DNA from: Bacillota bacterium
GTDB taxonomy: Bacteria; Bacillota; Clostridia; Christensenellales; UBA1242
Length of the DNA: 64,000 bases
Assembly (NCBI GenBank): GCA_009780065.1
Contig: WRAS01000001.1
Location: forward strand, 273,661-337,660
Direction of reading: 5' to 3'
How positions within the stretch are numbered: the first letter of the stretch is position 1; each line of letters starts with the position of its first letter. Positions 26,290-35,427 of the stretch are shown here, in pieces. The position numbers were made by a program, and so were the translations under genes. The notes beneath the pieces are model-generated. The model did no database searches. It was not told the origin of the DNA and saw nothing but the letters and a program-made list of their open reading frames with translations.

Positions 26290-29067
26290 ATGCTGTACCT
26301 GCTGGATAACCTTAAAAACAAAAAGAATACCCAGGCTGAATTGAATGCCGCGACCCAGGCACTGAACAAAGATATTAATTTACTTGGACGTATGTTGGGT
26401 GACACAATTCTTGGCGTGGATGGAAAAGAGACCCTTGAATTAATTGAAAAACTCCGCGGGCTTTCTATGGGGGGGGACAGGGACTATACCATGTGGAAAA
26501 AATTATTACAGAAACTGTCGGACGAAGAAATGAACAAAGTTGTGCGTGCCGCGGTCTGTTTCTCGATTTTATCTAACATAGCCGAGGATCATCACCATAA
26601 CCTTCGTTGGCGCAAACAAAGAATTGAATTTCCAACACCCGGAGAAGACAGTCTAGAGGCCAGTATTGAATTTGCAAAAAAGAACGGATACACAAAAAAA
26701 GACCTTAAAGACTTTTTTCAAAATGCATATATTGCGCCTGTACTAACCGCCCATCCAACCGAGGTCCAGCGTCGCACAATACGCGATATCATAAAGGCAA
26801 TTACCAAATTACTGGATAACCGTGATTCTGGTGCAAGAACAAAAGAAGAACATGATGAAATTGAAACTGGGTTGCGTGCAGAGATATTAAAACTGTGGCA
26901 AACACGTGTGCTTCGCAGTATCAAGCCATCCGTACTGGACGAGGTCGAGAATGTGCTTTCATTTTTTACTTCCACCTTCTTGACTGCGGTACCGCAACTA
27001 TATACCAATGTGGAACGTGCAATTGGGGAAGATAACCTTCCAAACTTTTTACAGGTTGCCAGTTGGATTGGTGGAGACCGTGATGGACATCCATTTGTAG
27101 ATGCAAATGTGTTAACCGAAACACTTTCGCGACATGCGGAGAGGGCATTATCATTTTACATTGCCGAAGTGGGACGATTATTCAGTGAATTGCCCATTTC
27201 TACGTTAAAGAACAAAATGCCTACAGGACTGCAAGAGTTAATTTCGACCTCGCCAGATTGCTGCCCGCATCATGCAGACGAACCATATCGCTTGGCACTT
27301 TCTGCAATCCAAGCCAGACTGGTTGCAACATACGAACAAATTATCGGAAGAATGCCTCCGGTAATAATTGATTCTTTTGTGCGTAACTCAACGGCCACTC
27401 CATATGACCAACCACAAGATCTGGTTGCCGATTTAATGATTATCGAAGAATCTCTTGAACACCAAGGTCTGAAGCTACTGGCACAGGAAAAAGTCAAAAA
27501 ACTAACATACGCTGTACGTGTGTTCGGATGGACATTGGCACCGCTGGACATTCGACAAAATTCGGCAATCCACGGGCGTACAGTGGCCGAGTTAATCCAG
27601 GTTGCAAACCCAGGTACGGATTACCTTAAACTAGACGAAGCGGGTCGGGTTAAAATACTTTTGGAAACTCTGTCTTCTCCACGTCCATTGGTTTCTCGCC
27701 ATGTTGACTATAATGCGGAAACCAAGAAAGAACTGGCAATCTTTGATGCGGCGCGGAATTCTCAATTACGTTATGGAATCGGTTGTATTCGCCAGGCAAT
27801 TATATCCATGACAAATGATTTATCTGATTTGTTGGAACTGGCTGTTTTATTAAAAGAATCTGGAATTTTGCGCGACAAGGTCGTGGATGTGAATCTTGTA
27901 CCACTGTTTGAAACCATCGAAGACCTTCACAATGCACCGCGCATTATGGAGGAACTGCTTTCATTACCATTTTACAAAGAATTACTTGCCAGTCGCGGCA
28001 ACGTGCAAGAGGTTATGATAGGTTATTCCGATAGTAACAAAGACGGGGGTTTCCTGACATCAAGATGGGAACTGTACCGCGCTGAGGCTCGACTAGTAAA
28101 ATTATTTGAAAAGTACGGCGTAAAAATCAGAATATTTCATGGAAGCGGGGGCTCGGTCAGTCGTGGCGGAGGCAAGAGTTACGACGCAATAATGGCACAA
28201 CCAAAAGGTGCGGTGCAAGGACACATACGCCTAACCGAACAGGGCGAGGTCATCAACGCCAAATACAGCAACGCAAAGGTGGGTAAGAGGAATCTAGAGG
28301 TCATCGTAGCCGCCACACTCGCAGCCACCGCAAAACCCGCCAGCACAGAACCGTCTGAACAATTTATGAACGCGCTGGGCGAATTGTCTGATGCTGCATT
28401 TGATGCATATCAATCCTTGGTCTATCAAACAAAAGGGTTCGAGGATTATTTCTGGCAATCCACCGTGATATCCGAAATTGCTTCGTTAAATATTGGTTCA
28501 CGTCCGGCTAGTCGTAATGCCAGTCGCAGTGTTCGTGACCTGCGCGCCATCCCTTGGGTGTTTTCGTGGGCGCAATGCCGTGTAATATTGCCAAGTTGGT
28601 TTGGATTTGGTACCGCAGTGGAGACTTTTCTGAAAAAACATGGAAAAGAAAAAGGCATAAAATTGTTGCAAGACATGAAAGGAAATTGGCCTATCTTTTC
28701 AACATTATTGTCTAATATGGAAATGGCACTTGCAAAAGCCGATATGACAATTGCCGCGCAATATGCCGAATTGGTTTCGGATAAACAATTACGTGAATCT
28801 GTTTTTGGTCGAATTAAATCGGAATATGAACGTACGTGTACATACCTATTGGCTATTACTGGGCAAAAAACATTATTGGAAAATAACCCGGTATTAGGTA
28901 TGGTTATTGCAAACCGTCTGCCACATCTGGATCCATTAAACTATGCCCAGGTTGAACTGTTGCGCCGTTACCGAAAAGGCGGGGCAGACGAAACCTGCGA
29001 CCAAATTCGCAAAGGAATCCATACATCAATTAACGCGATTGCATCTGTCATGCGTAACAGCGGGTGA
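26290..29067 (+). CDS. ppc: Phosphoenolpyruvate carboxylase, bacterial type
   Basis: VLTAHPTE, SWIGGDRDG, VMIGYSDSNKDGG, TEQGE, LRAIPWVFSW, C-terminal RNSG. Confidence 0.96.
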   Translation: MLYLLDNLKNKKNTQAELNAATQALNKDINLLGRMLGDTILGVDGKETLELIEKLRGLSMGGDRDYTMWKKLLQKLSDEEMNKVVRAAVCFSILSNIAEDHHHNLRWRKQRIEFPTPGEDSLEASIEFAKKNGYTKKDLKDFFQNAYIAPVLTAHPTEVQRRTIRDIIKAITKLLDNRDSGARTKEEHDEIETGLRAEILKLWQTRVLRSIKPSVLDEVENVLSFFTSTFLTAVPQLYTNVERAIGEDNLPNFLQVASWIGGDRDGHPFVDANVLTETLSRHAERALSFYIAEVGRLFSELPISTLKNKMPTGLQELISTSPDCCPHHADEPYRLALSAIQARLVATYEQIIGRMPPVIIDSFVRNSTATPYDQPQDLVADLMIIEESLEHQGLKLLAQEKVKKLTYAVRVFGWTLAPLDIRQNSAIHGRTVAELIQVANPGTDYLKLDEAGRVKILLETLSSPRPLVSRHVDYNAETKKELAIFDAARNSQLRYGIGCIRQAIISMTNDLSDLLELAVLLKESGILRDKVVDVNLVPLFETIEDLHNAPRIMEELLSLPFYKELLASRGNVQEVMIGYSDSNKDGGFLTSRWELYRAEARLVKLFEKYGVKIRIFHGSGGSVSRGGGKSYDAIMAQPKGAVQGHIRLTEQGEVINAKYSNAKVGKRNLEVIVAATLAATAKPASTEPSEQFMNALGELSDAAFDAYQSLVYQTKGFEDYFWQSTVISEIASLNIGSRPASRNASRSVRDLRAIPWVFSWAQCRVILPSWFGFGTAVETFLKKHGKEKGIKLLQDMKGNWPIFSTLLSNMEMALAKADMTIAAQYAELVSDKQLRESVFGRIKSEYERTCTYLLAITGQKTLLENNPVLGMVIANRLPHLDPLNYAQVELLRRYRKGGADETCDQIRKGIHTSINAIASVMRNSG

Positions 29068-29120
29068 GGTATAAACAAAAATATTTGTCATTTTTGCAAA
29101 AACTGCTTATACTTTTAAAT

Positions 29121-31556
29121 ATGAAGAAAATTTTATCCTTTTTTTTGATAGGGTGCTTTTTGATTGTCTCCCTTGTAATGGCAGGTTTTGACAGGGTCGG
29201 TATACAATCGGTAAATGCGACAATTGGTATATCACCGCATTACACTATTCACAGAGTCGGCTACGTTTATGACGATGGCGTTGGTGCGAATGTTCAACAA
29301 TCTTTGTTTGAAACGACCGGCATCAATCGTGATGTTGCAGACGAATTATTGAAAATATTGCGTGCAGTTTCTGGAAATAACTTGAATGCAACGCGCGATG
29401 CATCGCATTTTTCTGAATGGGCGCGCGGCGAGCCAGACGAACTGGTGCCAACAGCAGAAACTGTTAACATAACAATAATGGTAGAGGGGGTTCCAACGCC
29501 CACACCATTTCCACTTTATCAATTTTTATCGGGCTCGGTATATTTGCAACTTTTTGAACAAATTGGCACGGCACCGGGTAATCTGAACCCATTCCCAGCC
29601 AGCGAAGCCGATATTATTTCACAATTCACTTCACGAATGTGGCAAGTTGTTTACATGCGTGACGGGGTGGTCACGTTATGGATGACAGAACCATACAGAG
29701 CAAGTCAATTCGGTGGAACCCAAGGAACAATTGTTCAATACGCGGATTCATTACTGCGACCAAATTTGCTTAATGATTTTACTGGGAACACAGATGGTGA
29801 TTTATCGGGCGTTGTGGGTGGTGTGCTGGGATATTTTCCTGCTGCGGTTTCGACAATCGTGCCTATGGACGAAATAGAATGGCAGGACCAAGATAACCAA
29901 CCAATAGTATTTGGGGGGAGTCTGGCAGAGGCAAGACCCTTTAATAATCCTCAAACACAAGATATGATTTGGATACCATCGCATTACGAAGTTGCACGCC
30001 AAACTGGCTGTACAGCGAGATGGGGACAACGAAGCGGTGGTCTTTTAATAAATTGTAACAGACATGGTCTTTGGCAGATGAGTGGTTTTGACAGAAGTTT
30101 TATGAACCACGTTGGCTGGACAGTCGCTGGAGTAACAGATGCATGGTTGCGCTCGGGATCTACAAGCGGTGCGAATGTTGCATCTTCCATATGGCATGGT
30201 ACTGGGAACGCGTCTGGTAATGGCAGCGGGTGGCCGCAAAGTTTCGGAATCCGTCCAGCAATTCATATAGACATCGCATCTTTACTTGAAACACCGCTAG
30301 AGGCACCAGTTGTTACTGTAACTCGTCCGGCGGCAAATCAATTGATTGCTTCGTGGAATGGAATACAGGATGCAGTTTCTTATCGTATTCGTGTAAATAA
30401 CAGTGGCGCATGGCAGACGCAGACAGCCACAACATTTGTACACACAATAACGACTACAGGTACAACGACTTTTGAGGTTCAAGCCATAAGTGCAGGTCAC
30501 AACCAAATATATTCTACAATTACAAGTGAGAGTTTCACGGTCAACCAGGAACAACTAGTGGCACCTTCCAACCTGGAAATTAGTTCAGCAGGTGTTCTCA
30601 CTTGGGATTCAACCAATTCGCTGGGAACATACATTGTCTATCGAAATAACACAGCATACAGCACAGAATTAAATGCGACATCATGGACAATTCCAACCAC
30701 TTGGCCATCTGGTACATGGAATTTGCAGGTCCGTGCGACCGCACCATCATCGCATACATGGTTCACAAATAGTAATCTCAGTACGGGGACAACCCATCAA
30801 ACATGGACTGTGACAAGAGTGATTCAAGGTGTTCAAACACCTAACACAGTTGTAGATGGTAAACAATTTACACAACCAAATAATCCAACCCCACCTGCGG
30901 GACATCATTTTGTTCATTGGGCATTGGGCTCGCTTACTGGTGCGGAATTTGACTTCACAACACCAATTACGAATGACATTTATCTTTACGCTGTATTTGC
31001 AAAAAATACACACATTGTAACCTTGGTTATTAATGGGGTGGACTTTCCGCAGGCACCGATTGATTGGGGTACAAACTTTGCGCGACCACCTGACCCAACG
31101 CCGCCTAGCGGTTATCAATTTCAATGGTGGGCACTTGGTTCTTCGGATGGTAGTTTTCATTTCTTTGATAACACAATTACCTCGGACATACGCTTGTACG
31201 CTGTTTTTTCACTCCTTACTAATCATGTTCTTACATTAATGGTAAATGGTGTTCCACAAAATCTTCCGCCAACCAATATCGTAAATCTTTCTGTATTCGC
31301 ACCAACACCACCTGTTGGCTATATATTTTCTGGTTGGGCAAAAACCGAGGGTGGGGAAGTCGTACATACACCATATCAGGGTTCAATAACGTTGACGGGA
31401 GATTTAACACTTTTTGCTGTATTCACACCACACGTTGATTACGGTAGCGCCGATGGTCCGTCGTTGATATTGATTGTTGGGGCAGTATTGCTGGGTTTCC
31501 TTGTCATAGGCGGCATTACAATTTTCTTTGTGTTACGCAGAAGAAAGAGTGTTTAG
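29121..31556 (+). CDS. Surface protein: DUF6273-like domain, FN3-like and InlB-B repeats, C-terminal TM anchor
   Basis: Signal peptide; IWIPS..EV…WLRSG…GIRPAIH; GHHFVHW…LYAVF repeats; TM plus RRRK. Confidence 0.8.
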   Translation: MKKILSFFLIGCFLIVSLVMAGFDRVGIQSVNATIGISPHYTIHRVGYVYDDGVGANVQQSLFETTGINRDVADELLKILRAVSGNNLNATRDASHFSEWARGEPDELVPTAETVNITIMVEGVPTPTPFPLYQFLSGSVYLQLFEQIGTAPGNLNPFPASEADIISQFTSRMWQVVYMRDGVVTLWMTEPYRASQFGGTQGTIVQYADSLLRPNLLNDFTGNTDGDLSGVVGGVLGYFPAAVSTIVPMDEIEWQDQDNQPIVFGGSLAEARPFNNPQTQDMIWIPSHYEVARQTGCTARWGQRSGGLLINCNRHGLWQMSGFDRSFMNHVGWTVAGVTDAWLRSGSTSGANVASSIWHGTGNASGNGSGWPQSFGIRPAIHIDIASLLETPLEAPVVTVTRPAANQLIASWNGIQDAVSYRIRVNNSGAWQTQTATTFVHTITTTGTTTFEVQAISAGHNQIYSTITSESFTVNQEQLVAPSNLEISSAGVLTWDSTNSLGTYIVYRNNTAYSTELNATSWTIPTTWPSGTWNLQVRATAPSSHTWFTNSNLSTGTTHQTWTVTRVIQGVQTPNTVVDGKQFTQPNNPTPPAGHHFVHWALGSLTGAEFDFTTPITNDIYLYAVFAKNTHIVTLVINGVDFPQAPIDWGTNFARPPDPTPPSGYQFQWWALGSSDGSFHFFDNTITSDIRLYAVFSLLTNHVLTLMVNGVPQNLPPTNIVNLSVFAPTPPVGYIFSGWAKTEGGEVVHTPYQGSITLTGDLTLFAVFTPHVDYGSADGPSLILIVGAVLLGFLVIGGITIFFVLRRRKSV

Positions 31557-31561
31557 TGTGT

Positions 31562-32067
31562 ATGGGAAAGGCAATTGTTATATCTTGTTTTGCAGGACTG
31601 GGAAAAACCACAGTTGCGAAAAAGTATCAGAATGTTTATGATTTACAGACTTCGGCTTTTAGGCGTGATCCAAGCATAAAGGTTAAAAATTACGAAAAAC
31701 AAAAAGGGTTTGATTCAAATATAACAAATCCAGATTTCCCGCAGAACTATCTTGATGCGTTAAAAGATGCTAGGACAAAATATAATATCGTACTTGTCAC
31801 GATGGCGCACGACATACGAGAACTTTTAGAACAAAACGATATACCATTTTTTTTTTCGTGATACCAGAAAAGACGGAATCTTTCAAAAAAGGACTTGTTG
31901 TGCGATGTCAAGAACGTGGTAACAATGACGCATTTGTAAATTACATTGCTGAAAACTTCGATAAACTAAGTCGCGACCAAAAAGACTACAAAAATAAAAT
32001 CCTAGTTTGTAAGGAACACAAGTTCTTAGAGGATTTATTGTTGCAAGAAAATTTACTCGCGGAATAA
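31562..32067 (+). pseudogene. P-loop NTPase/kinase-like gene split by a frameshift in a T10 tract
   Basis: CFAGLGKTT; ORFs 31556-31861 and 31858-32067 join if T10 (31847-31856) is T8 or T11. Confidence 0.7.
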
Positions 32068-32297
32068 GCGAAAAAATATTCGGTCTTTTGCATTAATGTT
32101 AAAACCGAAGGCAGGGGGCATTTATGATAGAGTGTGTTATCCTGTGAGTAAACTTTTTGAAAAGCGTTTTGCAAGGATTTACGAAGGGAAAATAGTTATT
32201 GCCCCGCAACCCAAAAATGAGCCTGAGGGCTGCCAAAAAGTCATTTGGCGATACTTGGTAGTCCGTGGAAGTTGCTGCCGCAAAAGGTCGAAATTGT

Positions 32298-32705
32298 TTA
32301 TCTCTTAAAAATCTCTTTTCCAGAAAATATACTTTTGACATTCCACTTTTTCATCAGTTTTGATTTTTCGATTTCAAATTTTTCATTTGATATTTGACGC
32401 AGACGCAAACCAACCAAAAAGCAGTTAAAAGCCATCCTAAAACCTCCGCGATAGAGTACAAATAACTTTTTTCCGTTTGCCAATTCGTTTAACAGTTCAT
32501 ATGTTTCGTCTGGGCTGGGATGCCAATGGTGGTCGAACTCACCGCTTCTGAATGATAAATAGTCATCATCCACCACTATTTCCAATAACTCATGGAAGTT
32601 CACAGTTATTACTTGCATATCTTCTGATAAAGAAATCTTATCTGCAATAGTAGAATTGTCCTTTAGACTATCAAAAACTTCTCGCATTGTTTCAAATTTG
32701 CCCAT
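32298..32705 (-). CDS. Hypothetical protein
   Basis: 135 aa; TATAAT 6 nt before the ATG. Confidence 0.7.
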   Translation of the reverse strand: MGKFETMREVFDSLKDNSTIADKISLSEDMQVITVNFHELLEIVVDDDYLSFRSGEFDHHWHPSPDETYELLNELANGKKLFVLYRGGFRMAFNCFLVGLRLRQISNEKFEIEKSKLMKKWNVKSIFSGKEIFKR

Positions 32706-32780
32706 GACAAAATTATAACAAAAAAAGAGTCATTGCGTGAACTCTTTTCAGTTGCCCAAAAGTTTACTTAATAGGCTAAT

Positions 32781-32857
<77 letters not shown>

Positions 32858-33004
32858 ATGGGATATCGTTAAGCACGATAAGGACTATTATATACCAATA
32901 ATATGCCAAAGTCAACATTTAAATACACGGAAAACCTCGGGGGTCTAAATTGATTGCTTAATATCGCTTTTTTGTGCATACTAAATACCAAGGAGGGAAA
33001 AAGT

Positions 33005-33235
33005 ATGATAAGAATCATTTCGTTTATTGTGCTGGGTGCTGCTGTAATTTCTTTGGTAACTTTCTTTATGTCATTCGGTACAACCGTAATTGATCCATTC
33101 AGAGAAGCATTCAACCCATTCAGCTTCAGAGCATTGGGAGATGCATTATGGATTTTTATGTACTCGATAAGCACACCACTTATCCTTGGTATGCTTGGTC
33201 TGATTGGTCTTACAATGCAAACCAGAAGAGACTAG
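33005..33235 (+). CDS. Small 2-TM membrane protein
   Basis: AGGAGG RBS; start MIRIIS. Confidence 0.7.
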   Translation: MIRIISFIVLGAAVISLVTFFMSFGTTVIDPFREAFNPFSFRALGDALWIFMYSISTPLILGMLGLIGLTMQTRRD

Positions 33236-33255
33236 TTATCTTACGCATCCAAAAG

Positions 33256-33283
33256 AAAATGACCCAATCACGGGTCATTTTTT
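33256..33283. terminator. Bidirectional terminator
   Basis: AAAATGACCC-aatcac-GGGTCATTTT between convergent genes. Confidence 0.8.
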
Positions 33284-33289
33284 AATAAT

Positions 33290-35242
33290 TTAATTTTTTT
33301 GCTGTTTGCTTCTTCTGGAAAGAAATAATATAAGCAAAGCAAGAATCAATAAACCAACCAAGGATCCCGCACCTACAATCCAAGGGACAAGGTTGCAATT
33401 GTTGCCATTGACGAGTGCCTCACTAAAACGTGCGTAGAGGGTAATGTTTTCCGTCATTTCAAGAAATTCATTTAGCGGAATTCCATATGCATCAAATACT
33501 AAATTTCCACCAGACGGTGCATCCCAAAAGCCCAGAAATTGACGCCCTGTGATAGAAGGTAACTGGGTCAAAGTATTTACGGTTGTTCCATTTACATGTG
33601 AAATGTTCAAAGGTAATCCCACTCCATATGGTGTATCTGCAAGAATAAAATGAAATGCAATTGTGAAAGTCAAACCATTCCAAACGGCGTATAGTGTTTG
33701 ACTGCCATCAATTGTCCAGGTGTCACCTGCAAGATATTCTACTGTGGTGGAGGTACTGCTGGTTGTCCAACCAAGAAAAGTGAAACCTGGCCTGGTTGTT
33801 GATGGTAGGGTAAAGGTTGTACCTGGTGCGTCTATTACAGGCGGTAACTGTTTACCTTGTTGTGTATCAAATATTATGGTGGAATCAAGGATACTGTGTC
33901 CCCAAACAACTGCAAATATAATTCCATTAATCACGCATAAGTTCCAGTCCTCGTGCCATCCGTTAGGACCAGGAGAGAGGTGTGCTGTATATATTGTCAG
34001 GCTAGCAGGATTGGCAAGAAACACACCTTCCCCAATTTCAATAACATTGTTTGGAATTACTACACTGGTTAATTGATTATCTGTAAAAGAATATTCTGCG
34101 ATTTTTGTTACGTGGTTTGGGATTGTTATATTAGTTAATTGACTAGAAATAAATGCCGCATTACCTATGCTGGTAAATTGGTTTGGTAGTTGCGTGACAA
34201 AATTGTTTGTGATGAAAGGGTTATTGTTGAAACCTTGAAAAACAGTAATTTGTGCAGGTAATTCAGGCATTTGGGTAAATTGATTGAATGCAAATGCTGA
34301 TTCCGCAATGTACGTTACGCTGGCTGGGATAGTTATTGTTGTTAACTGGTTGTATTGAAATGCCCACTTTTCAATATCTGTTACACCATTTGGAATATGC
34401 ACACTGGTTAATTCGTTGTCTTCAAATGTATATGCTGCAATATGTGTTATTTTGTCTGGGATGACTATGTTGGTTAATTGATTATGTCGGAAGGACAAAC
34501 GTCCAATATGAGTTAAGTTATCTGGGAGATTAACATTGGCTAATTGGTTGGAAATGAATGCCCCTTCTCCAATATATGTCACAGTTTCTGGAATCACTAT
34601 ACTTGTCAACTGATTATCGTGGAATGCATAATTTCCAATGTGGGTTAGACTGTCAGGGAGTTGGACACTGGCAAGTTGATTGTGGCCGAATGCAAAATCT
34701 TCGACAATTGTAACTCCGTCTGGAATTATTATATTGGTTAAATTGTTAACACCGAAAGCAGAATTCCCAATACTAGTCAGGTTGTCAGAAATTTGTACAC
34801 TGGTTAAGTGATTGTATGCGAATGATGCAAAGCCTATATACGTCACACTATTTGGAATTACTAAGGTTGTTATTTGGTTATGCCCAAAGGCTAAATCTCC
34901 AATACTTATTACGGTATCTGGGATTGTTACCTCAATTACTCTGCTCAATAAAAATGCATTATTGCTGATGGTTGTAACTGGGAAACCATTAATTGTGGCA
35001 GGGATATTTACAATAAGGTCAGTTTGAAAAGGAACTTGACCAGGGCCAATAATCGTCACTTGGCCATTTGCGGTTGTAAAGTTGAAATCTGCTACAACAT
35101 GTGCGGCTTGAGTTGGTCGTGATGATGTTACAATAATCACAACGCTTGTAATTGCGATAAAAAGAACTAATAACCCGACCCCTAATAAAATGATTATCCT
35201 TTTCGGGGATTGCACCGCGGAGAATTGTGTTTTATTTTCCAT
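33290..35242 (-). CDS. BspA-type LRR surface protein with InlB-B repeats and C-terminal TM
   Basis: More than ten tandem 'NQLTSIVIPxxVTxIGxxAF' 22-aa repeats; RPGFTFLGW…LYAVW. Confidence 0.88.
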   Translation of the reverse strand: MENKTQFSAVQSPKRIIILLGVGLLVLFIAITSVVIIVTSSRPTQAAHVVADFNFTTANGQVTIIGPGQVPFQTDLIVNIPATINGFPVTTISNNAFLLSRVIEVTIPDTVISIGDLAFGHNQITTLVIPNSVTYIGFASFAYNHLTSVQISDNLTSIGNSAFGVNNLTNIIIPDGVTIVEDFAFGHNQLASVQLPDSLTHIGNYAFHDNQLTSIVIPETVTYIGEGAFISNQLANVNLPDNLTHIGRLSFRHNQLTNIVIPDKITHIAAYTFEDNELTSVHIPNGVTDIEKWAFQYNQLTTITIPASVTYIAESAFAFNQFTQMPELPAQITVFQGFNNNPFITNNFVTQLPNQFTSIGNAAFISSQLTNITIPNHVTKIAEYSFTDNQLTSVVIPNNVIEIGEGVFLANPASLTIYTAHLSPGPNGWHEDWNLCVINGIIFAVVWGHSILDSTIIFDTQQGKQLPPVIDAPGTTFTLPSTTRPGFTFLGWTTSSTSTTVEYLAGDTWTIDGSQTLYAVWNGLTFTIAFHFILADTPYGVGLPLNISHVNGTTVNTLTQLPSITGRQFLGFWDAPSGGNLVFDAYGIPLNEFLEMTENITLYARFSEALVNGNNCNLVPWIVGAGSLVGLLILALLILFLSRRSKQQKN

Positions 35243-35427
35243 TTCCTTTGTATTCCTTTTCACAAGAATTATATATAACATATGCAAATTAATCAAATAA
35301 AAAAGCAATATTTATTCTATGTGTCCATAGTTCGCAGAGTAACATTATGCCATTTTAAACAATAAGTATTGACATTTTGAATATACTATGGTAAAGTTAT
35401 GGAAACTAATTTTACAAAGGGGGCGTC

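Noticed and set aside
32096-32341. Short ORFs 32096..32308 and 32099..32341
   Set aside because: No RBS or recognisable motif; possibly a gene remnant but unsupported
34050-34950. Periodic ~66-nt repeats that could suggest a CRISPR array
   Set aside because: Degenerate in-frame LRR coding repeats; no identical repeats with unique spacers and no cas genes
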